Part shown: piece after piece, positions 1 to 9,465 of the stretch
Layout of the letters: each line of letters opens with the position of its first letter
Position numbering within the stretch: position 1 is the first letter of the stretch
Source of the DNA: Desulforegulaceae bacterium
Lineage (GTDB): Bacteria > Desulfobacterota > Desulfobacteria > Desulfobacterales > JACKCP01
Assembly (NCBI GenBank): GCA_034006035.1
Contig: JAVETN010000010.1
Coordinates: 28,448 to 92,447, forward strand
Length of the DNA: 64,000 bases
Reading direction: 5' to 3'
The notes under the pieces: generated by a model
The model's database searches: none
The model's input: only the letters and a program-made list of their open reading frames with translations
Told to the model about the DNA's origin: nothing
Program-made: the position numbers and the translations under genes

Positions 1-306
1 TTCATAGGAATAATTGGGGGCTATATAACAGGTTCTCTTCTTTTAAACCTTAATGCAGGGATTTATTTTGCCAGGGTTGAATCAAGTATTACAATGAACG
101 ATATAAAAGGCGGGTTTATTAAAGCTTTTGTTTTTGGTCTGGTGGTAATTACAATCTGCTGCTACAAAGGTTTTTACACTCACCAGCAAAAAAATGTTTC
201 AGGTTCAAAAAGCGTGGGATATTCAACAACTTCTGCTGTTGTTTTATCCTGTGTATGGATTCTTATTTTTGACTATGTAATAACTTCTTTTTATTTTAAT
301 GGATAA
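1..306 (+). CDS. mlaE: ABC transporter permease MlaE, C-terminal part (gene begins upstream of window)
   Basis: Open frame from base 1 ([11 protein letters not shown]...) to TAA at 304-306. Hydrophobic C-terminus typical of MlaE. Directly followed by mlaF, mlaD, mlaC and mlaA. Confidence 0.8.
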   Translation, partial: FIGIIGGYITGSLLLNLNAGIYFARVESSITMNDIKGGFIKAFVFGLVVITICCYKGFYTHQQKNVSGSKSVGYSTTSAVVLSCVWILIFDYVITSFYFNG

Positions 307-308
307 TT

Positions 309-1055
309 ATGAACAATAAACTAAAACCGCCTGTAGAACTTGTTGATATTTACAAAGGCTTTGGGGATCTTCAGGTTTTAAAAGGAATTAATCTTAAAGT
401 TGAAAAAGGTAAAATTACCACCATTATAGGTAAAAGCGGGGGAGGTAAAAGTGTTTTACTCAAACATTTTATCGGCCTTCTTAAACCTGACAAGGGTCAG
501 ATTTTTTTTGAAGGAAAGCTTTTAAACAAAATGACAAGGCCTGAAATTAAAAGTTTCAGGGAAAAAATAAGTTATATGTTCCAGGGAAATGCTCTTTTTG
601 ACTCAATGACTGTTTTTGAAAATATTGCTCTTCAACTTTATGAAAACAATGAAAAAAAAGAGAAAATCAAAGATCTGGTAACAAAAAGAATAGCCCAAAT
701 GGAGCTTTCAGGTTCGGAAAATAAATATCCTTCAGAACTTTCAGGAGGAATGCAAAAAAGAGTCGCTCTTGCGCGAGCACTGATAAATGAGCCTGAAATA
801 GTTCTTTTTGACGAGCCTACAACTGGTCTTGATCCCATAAGAAAAAATTATGTTCACAAAATGATTTCAGATTATCAGGCAAAATTCAATTTTACAGCAG
901 TTATTGTAAGTCATGAAATACCCGGGGTATTCCAAATCTCAGATACTATAATGATGCTTGATGAAGGAAAAATTGTTTTTACAGGAACAAAAGACGAAAT
1001 AAAAAACACAAACAACCCCCATGTGAAAAAATTTATTGAAGGCATAGCATATTAA
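309..1055 (+). CDS. mlaF: Mla-type ABC transporter ATP-binding protein
   Basis: Walker [12 protein letters not shown] signature LSGGMQKR and Walker [11 protein letters not shown]. Sits between the permease and the MCE protein. Confidence 0.9.
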   Translation: MNNKLKPPVELVDIYKGFGDLQVLKGINLKVEKGKITTIIGKSGGGKSVLLKHFIGLLKPDKGQIFFEGKLLNKMTRPEIKSFREKISYMFQGNALFDSMTVFENIALQLYENNEKKEKIKDLVTKRIAQMELSGSENKYPSELSGGMQKRVALARALINEPEIVLFDEPTTGLDPIRKNYVHKMISDYQAKFNFTAVIVSHEIPGVFQISDTIMMLDEGKIVFTGTKDEIKNTNNPHVKKFIEGIAY

Positions 1056-1077
1056 AGTGTTTAAATTCGGAGGATAA

Positions 1078-1554
1078 ATGAAAAAAATAACCCTTGAAAC
1101 CGGAGTAGGTCTTTTTGTTGTGTTCGGTCTTATCTGCACAGCATACCTTACTATAAAACTTGGAAAAATGGAGCTTCTTGGAACAAACTATTATAAACTC
1201 AACGCAAATTTTCGAACAGTTGCTGGACTCAAATCCGGAGCAAATGTTGAAATAGCAGGAGTTCAGGTTGGAACAGTAGAAAAAATAATCCTTGATACAA
1301 AAACTTACACAGCTGTTACTGAATTGAAAATTGACAAGTCAGTAAATCTTTCTGCTGATGTAATTGCATCAATAAAAACTTCAGGCCTTATTGGAGATAA
1401 ATATATTCAGCTTTCTCCAGGGGGAGATCCTAAGTTTCTTGAACCAGGTCAAATGATAACAGAAACTGAATCACCAGTGGATTTTGAAGAGTTAATAAGC
1501 AAGTATGTTTTTGGTTCAGTTGAAAACAAGGGACCAGAATTAGGAGGTTTTTAA
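1078..1554 (+). CDS. mlaD: MCE-domain outer-membrane lipid asymmetry protein MlaD
   Basis: N-terminal TM anchor, then an MCE-like core (AGLKSGANVEIAGVQVGTV...IKTSGLIGDKYIQL). Operon context. Confidence 0.85.
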   Translation: MKKITLETGVGLFVVFGLICTAYLTIKLGKMELLGTNYYKLNANFRTVAGLKSGANVEIAGVQVGTVEKIILDTKTYTAVTELKIDKSVNLSADVIASIKTSGLIGDKYIQLSPGGDPKFLEPGQMITETESPVDFEELISKYVFGSVENKGPELGGF

Positions 1555-2166
1555 ATGATGAAAAAAATATTTTTTACTTTAACAATTTTTTTAATAATGG
1601 GTTTCAATTCTTATGCCCTCACACCCATGGAATCTATTAAACAGCCGACTGAAAATATTATCTCAATTCTCAAGGCAGACAAATATCAGACCCTTACACC
1701 AGAATTAAGAGAAGAACAATGGGGTGAAATTTGGGAAGTGGTAAAAAACTCTTTTGAATTTACAATCATATCCAGACTTTCTGTGGGTAAGTATTGGAGT
1801 TCTTTTTCTTTGGAAGAAAAAAAAGAATTCCAGGATGTTTTTGCAAAACTTCTTGCAAACACATATATAGATAAAGTTCAAGAAAACTTTAAAAATCAGG
1901 AAGTCAAATATATTGATGAAAAAATATCTGATAAAAAAGCTGAAGTAATGGTTCATGTTGCACTTGCAGATAACGATGTCCCAATAATCTATAGAATGCT
2001 TGATAATAACGGCTGGCTTATCTACGATGTAAGAATTGAAGGAATGAGCATGATAAAAAACTATAGAAGCCAGTTTGATGAGTTTTTGTTTAAAAAGTCT
2101 CCAAAAGAACTTATAGAGGCTCTTGATTCTAAAATAAACCAGCTAAGAGAAGAAAGAAAAAAATAG
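1555..2166 (+). CDS. mlaC: periplasmic phospholipid-binding protein MlaC (Ttg2D family)
   Basis: Signal peptide and Ttg2D-like layout. ATG abuts the mlaD stop. Confidence 0.8.
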   Translation: MMKKIFFTLTIFLIMGFNSYALTPMESIKQPTENIISILKADKYQTLTPELREEQWGEIWEVVKNSFEFTIISRLSVGKYWSSFSLEEKKEFQDVFAKLLANTYIDKVQENFKNQEVKYIDEKISDKKAEVMVHVALADNDVPIIYRMLDNNGWLIYDVRIEGMSMIKNYRSQFDEFLFKKSPKELIEALDSKINQLREERKK

Positions 2167-2176
2167 GCCAGCTGAT

Positions 2177-3016
2177 ATGAAAAGTTTTTTTTATTTTCTT
2201 TTACTTTTTTCTTTTTTTATCTTTTCTTCTTCTTCATTTGGAGAACAAATCATGGATGCTTCCATGGATATTGAAGACTCTTTTTTTGAAGAAATTGAAT
2301 CAGATTACAATGACTTTAGTCCTGGTTTTTCAGATGAAGAACTCCTTGATGATGATCTTTTTGAAGATAGTTTTGTAAAAAGCAGCCAGTCACCAACTCT
2401 TGTAAAAAAAGATTATGACCCTATCGAACCAGTTAACAGGGCTATATTTAATTTTAATGACAAAACTTATATTTATGTTTTTACTCCCATTGGGAAAGGC
2501 TATGAAAAAGTAACTCCCAGGTTTGCCAGAACAGGTATAAGAAATTTTTTTTCAAACCTTCATTCACCTTTAAGAGTTGTTAACAGCCTTCTTCAGGGTA
2601 AAATAAAAAATGCCGGAAAAGAAACAGGAAAGTTTTTTGTTAATACTTTTCTTGGTTTTCTTGGGTTTATAGATTCCGCCAGTTCAATTGAAGGTTTAAA
2701 CCCTTCAGAAGAAGACCTTGGGCAAACCCTTGGAAAATGGGGGATAGGCAATGGACCCTATCTTGTTCTTCCATTTATTGGGCCCTCTACCCTAAGAGAT
2801 ACAATTGGAATGACCGGTGAATTTTACATAAATCCAGTTTATTACGCCAGGGATTTTAACTCAAAAGAAAAACTTATAAGAGACGGCACTGAAGCCCTAA
2901 ACTCTCTTCCAAATTCAATGGAGCTATACAAAACCCTTAAAGACTCAGCCCTGGATCCTTATACAGCAGCTAAAAATGCCTATATTCAGATAAGAGATGA
3001 AAAAGTTAAAAATTAA
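2177..3016 (+). CDS. mlaA: MlaA/VacJ family lipoprotein
   Basis: Signal peptide plus VacJ-like motifs (DPIEPVNRAIFNFND, GPYLVLPFIGPSTLRD). Last gene of the mla cluster. Confidence 0.85.
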   Translation: MKSFFYFLLLFSFFIFSSSSFGEQIMDASMDIEDSFFEEIESDYNDFSPGFSDEELLDDDLFEDSFVKSSQSPTLVKKDYDPIEPVNRAIFNFNDKTYIYVFTPIGKGYEKVTPRFARTGIRNFFSNLHSPLRVVNSLLQGKIKNAGKETGKFFVNTFLGFLGFIDSASSIEGLNPSEEDLGQTLGKWGIGNGPYLVLPFIGPSTLRDTIGMTGEFYINPVYYARDFNSKEKLIRDGTEALNSLPNSMELYKTLKDSALDPYTAAKNAYIQIRDEKVKN

Positions 3017-3064
3017 CCTCAGATTAACCCCAAATTATTAATTTTAATCTTTTCCTGATGGGAG

Positions 3065-3712
3065 CTAAACAAAATCAAGGTTAAAATTTTTATCAAAGGG
3101 ATTATCTTCTATAAAAACAATTTGCTCACAAGATAAAAAAGCTTTGACCTTTTGGGGATTTAATTTAAAAATAAAGATTTTTCTGTATAAATCTATTTTT
3201 TTTTCAAGTGATTTTAAATTTTCAATTTCATCTTCACAAAGATTAATAATATCAAACTTTTCCCCATATTCCTGATTTAAATAACTACTTAAAAGCATAT
3301 CCCCTGAAATAAGAAGATCTTTTGAATTAGTTTGCCAAAACACTGGAACTTCAGAACTCCCGGGAAGCTTAATTGTTTTACCAATTTTATTACCATCAAA
3401 GCCTGAAATAAAAAGCTTAGTAAGTTTTTTATTTTTTATATAGGGAATGACTATGCCTTTATCAAAAACAAGGCTATCAGAATTTGTTTTTTCTATTCCC
3501 CAGCTTTCAAGGGACCTTTTAGTCAGTTTTTTATTCCAGCCAAACATTTTTTCCTGTAAAAATTTGTTTGTAAAACCCAAAGTAAAAAGCTTGGCAAGAA
3601 CATCTTCGCTATGCTTTCCCCATAGCTGGTGCTCTGTTCTGATTAAAAAAGCCATTGCTTTTTTGGTCCATAAGTTTGAAGGTGATTTTTCTGACATTTT
3701 TAAATTATGCAT
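3065..3712 (-). CDS. hypothetical protein (215 aa)
   Basis: Long ORF co-directional with, and 21 nt downstream of, the lipoprotein gene. No confident family assignment. Confidence 0.5.
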   Translation of the reverse strand: MHNLKMSEKSPSNLWTKKAMAFLIRTEHQLWGKHSEDVLAKLFTLGFTNKFLQEKMFGWNKKLTKRSLESWGIEKTNSDSLVFDKGIVIPYIKNKKLTKLFISGFDGNKIGKTIKLPGSSEVPVFWQTNSKDLLISGDMLLSSYLNQEYGEKFDIINLCEDEIENLKSLEKKIDLYRKIFIFKLNPQKVKAFLSCEQIVFIEDNPFDKNFNLDFV

Positions 3713-3733
3713 ATTTTCAAATTTTGTTTAACT

Positions 3734-4600
3734 TTAATTAGAGGTCTGTGGCGGTACCATACCAAATCTTGCCATTTGTTGGGGATACTGGATAAGAAAT
3801 TCTTCAAGACTTCCCCTGGTTCCAGCAACTATTATGTTGTTAAGCTTAATTTCCTTGAGTTCCCCCTTAAAATAAGGCTTTGCAATTTTTTCTATTTTTT
3901 TCAAATGCTCCCTGACTTTTGTAAACTTATTTATTTCGTTATATTCAAGTGAAGAAAAATAAAAAAGCAACTCTTCTCGAAAAGAAGGATGCAGGGGAAA
4001 AACTGGGGCTGGTTCATTGGTTTTAACAGGTGTATTAAGGTTTTTTATAAAACTCAGACTCACACAAATAAATCTTTCCTTGGAATAGGGAGTCCTTTTT
4101 TTAAGATTTATAATAAGAGGCTCCATTTCAACCTCCTGTTCATAAATAAGGTCTGAATCAACACCTGCTGAACCAGATTTTTTAGGTCTTGGCTTAATCC
4201 ATTCCATTTCAGCTCCGGAATCTTCTTTTGTAAGAATAAACTTTTCATCTGAAACTAATGTAATTAAATATTCATAGCTATTTCCCGGCTTCCACCCTGT
4301 TTCAATTTCATCTCCTGACTCAACAATTATTTCAAAATATTTGTTTTTATCTGATAATTTCCACTTTCCCTTTTGTGAGCCTTTTTTCTGAACAACCTCT
4401 GAAAAATGACCATGCTGCCTTACCTGAGACTCCCAGTTTCCATTGGCTTTCAAACTCATAATAATAAAGCTTCGTCTATAGTTGCAATTCCAATTCCCAA
4501 GGATTTGAAGCTCAAAGGGATCTTCTCTTTTTTCAGAGCCTGAACAAGACGCAAAACACAAAACAAGAATAAACAAGAATAAAGTTTTAATCTTTTTCAT
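3734..4600 (-). CDS. lipoprotein with FliL-like C-terminal half
   Basis: I start it at the internal ATG at 4600 (MKKIKTLFLFILVLCFASC, lipobox FASC). The C-terminal half resembles FliL (EPLIINLKK...RFICVSLSF...FREELLFYFSS...IKLNNIIVA). Confidence 0.6.
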   Translation of the reverse strand: MKKIKTLFLFILVLCFASCSGSEKREDPFELQILGNWNCNYRRSFIIMSLKANGNWESQVRQHGHFSEVVQKKGSQKGKWKLSDKNKYFEIIVESGDEIETGWKPGNSYEYLITLVSDEKFILTKEDSGAEMEWIKPRPKKSGSAGVDSDLIYEQEVEMEPLIINLKKRTPYSKERFICVSLSFIKNLNTPVKTNEPAPVFPLHPSFREELLFYFSSLEYNEINKFTKVREHLKKIEKIAKPYFKGELKEIKLNNIIVAGTRGSLEEFLIQYPQQMARFGMVPPQTSN

Positions 4601-4748
4601 GGATTTTTTCACAATCGCAGTTTTTTTCATCACAAGAGCTGCACTCGTATGAAGCTTTGATTTCATTTTCTGATTTTCTCTTTTTTGAAAAACAAGAAAA
4701 ATAAACAATCCCGGATATAATTAACGCCCCAAATATAAAATACATCAT
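4587..4748 (-). CDS. small Cys-rich single-TM protein (53 aa), below the ORF-track cutoff; resembles FeoB-associated Cys-rich membrane proteins
   Basis: Hand translation gives MMYFIFGALIISGIVYFSCFSKKRKSENEIKASYECSSCDEKNCDCEKIHEKD, ending at TAA (4587-4589). GGGG lies 9 nt upstream of the ATG. The ORF overlaps the ATG of the downstream lipoprotein gene by 14 nt. Confidence 0.4.
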   Translation of the reverse strand: MMYFIFGALIISGIVYFSCFSKKRKSENEIKASYECSSCDEKNCDCEKIHEKD

Positions 4749-4911
4749 TCTTTTTACCCCGTTTTATTTTACTTCAAAACAATGCAATTTTCCCAACTTT
4801 AAAATCAGCTTAAAACCAAAGATTTAAATGAGCCAATCTATTTTAAATAAAAACTCACCTGGGTATTAAGCAAAACTAATTCTTTAGTAAATTACCAAGC
4901 CGGTCTTTACT

Positions 4912-5235
4912 CTAATTATTTCTGAAATTACTTAAAAAAACAACTTTAGATTCTTTTTTATTTTTTAAAGTCTTTATTCCAAAACAATTACATGAAAGCC
5001 AAAATTTAAAACACTTGGGACAAACTTCCAAAGCACAACCAATATGATGATATCCACCTTCAACTACTCCGCAATAAGGACATCTTTTTTTTATATTATT
5101 ATGAATCTCATATAAAGTTTTATTTCTAGGCTCATAAACAATTGCTTGATAAAACAAATCATTGATTCTTAAATAATGTTTAACACATGAATCTGAAAGA
5201 TTTTTTTCCTTACCGCATAAACTGCATTTTGCCAT
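4912..5235 (-). CDS. Cys/His-rich putative zinc-ribbon protein (107 aa)
   Basis: CxxC pairs CSLCG, CPYCG and CPKC, plus HHIGC and CNC. No family recognised. Confidence 0.5.
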   Translation of the reverse strand: MAKCSLCGKEKNLSDSCVKHYLRINDLFYQAIVYEPRNKTLYEIHNNIKKRCPYCGVVEGGYHHIGCALEVCPKCFKFWLSCNCFGIKTLKNKKESKVVFLSNFRNN

Positions 5236-5260
5236 AAAAATTAATTTTCTTTAGCCAAAG

Positions 5261-5977
5261 TTAAATTATACCAATACTTGAATCAATTACCCAACCGGGC
5301 AGACCTTTTGGAGTTAAAATCTTACAAAATCCATTTGTGCATCTATCAATTTTTACAATGGAGCCTTGGGGAAGAGAAAAAAGTATAGATGCTTTTTCAG
5401 AGTGAGCTGAATATACTATTGATTTTTTTACTACCACAGCTTTCTTATAAACATTACACTCAAGATAATAATTTATACAGGTTAAAATAAGATAAAAACT
5501 TAAAAAACCTGAAACTATTTTTAAACCAATGAATTTTTTTCTAAATAAAATTAAAAAAAGAAAAACTCCAAAAACAATAACAGAGAGGATATTTATAAAA
5601 TTTTCAGGTAAATATTGTCTTAGAAAGAAAATTTTATCAGTTAGAAAATTTTGCTCCTGATCATTAATGGAAAGCTTTTCTAGGCAAGCGTCCATATTAA
5701 ATTTAAGATCTGGGTCAAAAAAAAGATATTTTTGAGCTTTTTTATACCATAAATAAGAATGACCATATTTTTCCAGTTTATAAAAACAATTACCAAGATT
5801 AAATGCAAGCTCACCTGTTAATCCAGAGCTTTCAATTTGATTTTGAAAAAGATTTAAAGAATCTTCATATTGGCCATTGTTGTATAATTCAAGGGCATTG
5901 CCAAAACTTGCACAGCAATTTAAAGGGTTAAAAAAAACAACAATTAAAATAAATGAACAAAAAATTCTTTTAAACAT
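5261..5977 (-). CDS. batE: BatE-like protein (TPR, TM segments, C-terminal SH3b-like domain)
   Basis: Signal peptide, TPR-like N-terminus and an SH3-like tail (GSIVKIDRCTNGFCKILTPKGLPGWV). Last gene of the Bat-type operon. Confidence 0.6.
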   Translation of the reverse strand: MFKRIFCSFILIVVFFNPLNCCASFGNALELYNNGQYEDSLNLFQNQIESSGLTGELAFNLGNCFYKLEKYGHSYLWYKKAQKYLFFDPDLKFNMDACLEKLSINDQEQNFLTDKIFFLRQYLPENFINILSVIVFGVFLFLILFRKKFIGLKIVSGFLSFYLILTCINYYLECNVYKKAVVVKKSIVYSAHSEKASILFSLPQGSIVKIDRCTNGFCKILTPKGLPGWVIDSSIGII

Positions 5978-5980
5978 TTT

Positions 5981-7660
5981 TTAAAACCTTTTTATAATTT
6001 TTTTTCCTTTTAAAACCAAATCCTCCAAATCAAACTTTGTATTTTCTCCGGAAAACTCTGCAAATTCAAGCTCAGATAAATATTCTTTAAGCTCGGTGTC
6101 ATCTGTTTTTGAACAAAAGATTTCCATAGGTTCGCCATAGGTTTTTACAAAAAAAGAATTTAAAACAACTCTTAGTTTATAAAGATTTTTATTTTCAGAT
6201 TTTTTCCTTTGAAGTTTTTTAAGTTCTTTTAAATAAAACTTTTTACTTTTTTTTACAAAACTACCTGGATTTATTTTTTTAACAACAAAAAACATAAAAA
6301 AAACAAAACCAAAGGAAAAATAAAGCTTTAAAAACAAGAAATAGTCTGGAACTGAAGAAAAAAAACTCCCCTGGTCTTCCTTTAAATAAATAATATCATT
6401 TTTTAAAACTGGTTTTCTTATCTTTTTTTCTTCTTTTTTTTCAAGGCTTTTACTTTCGTCAATCTCAAAAGCTTCATTTTTTTCTCCTATAACAGAAAAG
6501 CTTTTTTTCTCAAGTTCAAGTTCAACCCAGTTTTCCGCTTCAGGATCAAAATAGCAAAATTTTAATTGAGGGATTTCAAATTCACCTGGCTTTGAAGGAA
6601 CAACAGCATAATTAAAAACAACTTCTCCTTTTTCTCCTTTTAAAAATTTTTTTAACTCAAACTTTGGATTATCCGGATAAACCTTGAAATTTTCATTACT
6701 TTCAATCTCAGGAAGTTTAATTTCTGAAAGATTTCCCTCTCCTTTGATTGTAATTTTATAATTGATAAAATCATCTAAATTTAAAGAGTTTTTATCAATC
6801 TTTGAACTGGCAGTAATCTTGCCTGTTATATTTGTAAAAAAAGAATTTAAATTATTTTTAGGAAGATTTTTAATTTCATAGAAAATGGGATTGGTTGAAA
6901 TAAATTTTCTTGAAGTCTGAAAAGATGAAAATCCAGGATCACTAAAAAAAGGATCATTGAAAAAAGGGCTGTTCTGTCTGCCTCTTCTTTCCCCTATTTG
7001 AGCTTCAATTCTTACAGGCTCAATAGTTCCTTTGGATAAATTTAAAGGATAAAGAGTGTATAAAATTTCAGAGACTGTATATGTTTTGCCTCCTGAAATC
7101 TTTGAATATGTTTTATCCTCATGTCTTTGGGCTTTAAAATTATTAAAATCAGGCTCTTCAAAACCTATTTTCAACACAGTTTCATCTGAATAAACTATAA
7201 TTTTAAACTCTATGGCTTCACTCACATATGGAGAGCTGTTTGAAATAAAAGCTTTGGCAAAAAAACTGTCTTTCCCAATAATTCCAGTCTCATTTTTTGA
7301 AACATTTATTTCAAGGCTGTTTGTTTTTATGATTCCTTTATTTGTTTTAATTTCAATGGAAGGAATAAAAACTTTACCTTCTTTTACAGGAAGAACAACA
7401 AAGGAATAAATTGTTTTATCTTCACGCTTTCCGTTTATTATTCTTACACTTGAGTTTGTTGACGATGAAAGAACTTTAATTCCATCTATTTTTGGAAGAC
7501 TAACATTTCCCTTTGCATTTTCTACACTTACAATAAGATTAAAAGTTTCATTTATTTTTACTTCTGATCTATCTGCCCTTATTTGAGCATTGGCTCCAAA
7601 AGATGTGTTTATTAATAAAAATATAAAAAAAATTGTATAAACAAACCAAAGTTTTTTCAT
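5981..7660 (-). CDS. batD: BatD-like oxygen-tolerance protein
   Basis: Signal peptide, long beta-rich ectodomain, C-terminal TM and helical tail. Sits after batB, and its start codon shares base 7660 with the batB stop. Confidence 0.7.
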   Translation of the reverse strand: MKKLWFVYTIFFIFLLINTSFGANAQIRADRSEVKINETFNLIVSVENAKGNVSLPKIDGIKVLSSSTNSSVRIINGKREDKTIYSFVVLPVKEGKVFIPSIEIKTNKGIIKTNSLEINVSKNETGIIGKDSFFAKAFISNSSPYVSEAIEFKIIVYSDETVLKIGFEEPDFNNFKAQRHEDKTYSKISGGKTYTVSEILYTLYPLNLSKGTIEPVRIEAQIGERRGRQNSPFFNDPFFSDPGFSSFQTSRKFISTNPIFYEIKNLPKNNLNSFFTNITGKITASSKIDKNSLNLDDFINYKITIKGEGNLSEIKLPEIESNENFKVYPDNPKFELKKFLKGEKGEVVFNYAVVPSKPGEFEIPQLKFCYFDPEAENWVELELEKKSFSVIGEKNEAFEIDESKSLEKKEEKKIRKPVLKNDIIYLKEDQGSFFSSVPDYFLFLKLYFSFGFVFFMFFVVKKINPGSFVKKSKKFYLKELKKLQRKKSENKNLYKLRVVLNSFFVKTYGEPMEIFCSKTDDTELKEYLSELEFAEFSGENTKFDLEDLVLKGKKIIKRF

Positions 7661-9465
7661 TACCAGTCCTTTTCAACCTCTTTTTTTTTATAATAGGGAA
7701 TAAGTCCCATTGGCTTATCTTTTACCTTGTTAAAAAGATCATATTCATAATTGTAGTTTTCCCCGGGTTCAACTTTTTCTTCCTGGGAGCTTAAAAACTC
7801 ATCTTGAAAATCTTTTTCTATATTGGTCTGCTCAGTTTCCTGGCTTTCTTTTTTAGATTCAGCCAATTCATCTTTTTTATTTTCTTTTGAATTGTTTGAT
7901 TCAGATTCTTTGTTTGTTTCATTGTTTTGATCAAAAGATTGGTTTTCTTTATTATCAGAACTATTTTCCTTTTGATTTTCCTTGTTGGATTGATTTTTAT
8001 CCTCTGAACTTTCCTGCTTTTCAGAACTTTTATTATCTTTAGAATCTTTTTGATTTTGCTCCTCTTTCTTTTTGTTTTTAAGGATTTGAGCAAGCATTAA
8101 ATTCTTTTGTGCATCTTCATCATCAGGAAATTTTTCCAGATATTTTTCATAAATTTCCATTGCCTTATCATAATTTTCTTTTAAAAGATGGGTATTCCCA
8201 AGGTTAAAAAGAGAATTATACCTTAAATTATCATCAGCTTCTTTTGATTGATAAACTTTTTCATAATTTTTTTGTGCACTATCATAATCTTTATTTTTAT
8301 ATCCTGAATTTCCAATATTATAATAAAGCTTTAGATCCCCAGGGTTATTAATTTGATCTTTTATCCAAATTTCCCTTGCTTTTTCATAATTTTCTTCATT
8401 GTAAAACTTAACTCCTTTTTCCTTTAAACTTTGAGAATTAACTTCAAAAGGAAGAATAAAAATAAAAAATAAAAATAAAAACTTTAAATTAAACTTTTTC
8501 CTGAAAATTAAAGATAAAGTCGCAAATATAAAAGCCAAACCTCCAAAAAATCTGTAAGAACTTAAATCTTCTATATTTTCTCTTTGATCAAATTCTTTAA
8601 GCTTCATTTTTTCCCTGATTTGTTTTTCATAAATGTTTTTCAAATCAAATCCTGATTCAGCATCAAAATAACTTCCATTAAATCTTTGAGCAACATCCCT
8701 TAAAAGAAAATCATTTTTTTTAGAAATAAGAATTTTACCTTGGTCATCTTTTAAAAAACCCAGATTTTCAATTGGAACAGGGCCTCCTTGTTCTGAAGCT
8801 ATCCCAATTGTAAAAACAACAATATCTTCTCTTTTTTTAAGTGAAGATATTGACTTACCTGTGTTTTCCTCTCCATCTGAAATAAGAATAACCACTTTTG
8901 AGTCAGCAGTTTTTTCATCAAAAAGCTCAAAAGATTTTTCCAAAGCTTTATAAATATTTGTTCCTCCAATAGGAAAAGTATAAGGAGAAACATTATCAAG
9001 AAAAAGATCAAACCCTCTATAATCAAGAGTAAGCGGTGAAAGAACAAACCCGTCTCCAGCAAATACAACAAGACCTGCCCTGTCACCTTTTAAATTTTTT
9101 ACTAAATTTGAAATTTCAAGTTTTGCTCTTTTTATTCTTGAGGGTTTAATATCTTCACAAAGCATACTTTTTGAAACATCAAGGGCAAATACAATCTCAA
9201 CTCCTTTTTGGGGAATTTGGGTTTTTTTATAACCAGTTATAGGACCAAGAATTGAAATAATTAAAAAGAAAACAGCTGTAATTGAAAAAAAATCAGATAA
9301 AAATCTGGTTGTTTCAAGGTTGTTTAAGCTTACTTTTTTTAATGCCTGGTAACTTAAAAAATTATTAATAATTTTTTTTCTTTTTAATCTTGAAAAGATA
9401 AAAAGAAGAAACACAAGAGGAAGAAAAACAAATAGCCAAATATATTCAGAATATAAAAACTTCAT
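7660..9465 (-). CDS. batB: BatB-like VWA plus TPR membrane protein
   Basis: N-terminal TM helices, VWA MIDAS motif LDVSKSM, TPR repeats and a long polar low-complexity tail. ATGA overlap with batA. Confidence 0.8.
   Translation of the reverse strand: MKFLYSEYIWLFVFLPLVFLLFIFSRLKRKKIINNFLSYQALKKVSLNNLETTRFLSDFFSITAVFFLIISILGPITGYKKTQIPQKGVEIVFALDVSKSMLCEDIKPSRIKRAKLEISNLVKNLKGDRAGLVVFAGDGFVLSPLTLDYRGFDLFLDNVSPYTFPIGGTNIYKALEKSFELFDEKTADSKVVILISDGEENTGKSISSLKKREDIVVFTIGIASEQGGPVPIENLGFLKDDQGKILISKKNDFLLRDVAQRFNGSYFDAESGFDLKNIYEKQIREKMKLKEFDQRENIEDLSSYRFFGGLAFIFATLSLIFRKKFNLKFLFLFFIFILPFEVNSQSLKEKGVKFYNEENYEKAREIWIKDQINNPGDLKLYYNIGNSGYKNKDYDSAQKNYEKVYQSKEADDNLRYNSLFNLGNTHLLKENYDKAMEIYEKYLEKFPDDEDAQKNLMLAQILKNKKKEEQNQKDSKDNKSSEKQESSEDKNQSNKENQKENSSDNKENQSFDQNNETNKESESNNSKENKKDELAESKKESQETEQTNIEKDFQDEFLSSQEEKVEPGENYNYEYDLFNKVKDKPMGLIPYYKKKEVEKDW

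Noticed and set aside
3065-3712. By-eye resemblance of the 215-aa protein to the DnaG primase region preceding and entering the Toprim domain (GIVIPYIKNKKLTKLFISGFDG...KLPGSSEVPVFW...LISGDML). This could be a degenerate primase remnant of a mobile element.
   Set aside because: The similarity is weak. I could not identify the catalytic acidic residues, and there is no zinc finger, integrase, repeat boundary or other mobile-element gene nearby. It is left as hypothetical.
7818-8093. 91-aa K/R-rich ORF in the BatB region.
   Set aside because: It is an alternative-frame product of the repetitive AAA/GAA low-complexity segment of batB, not an independent gene.
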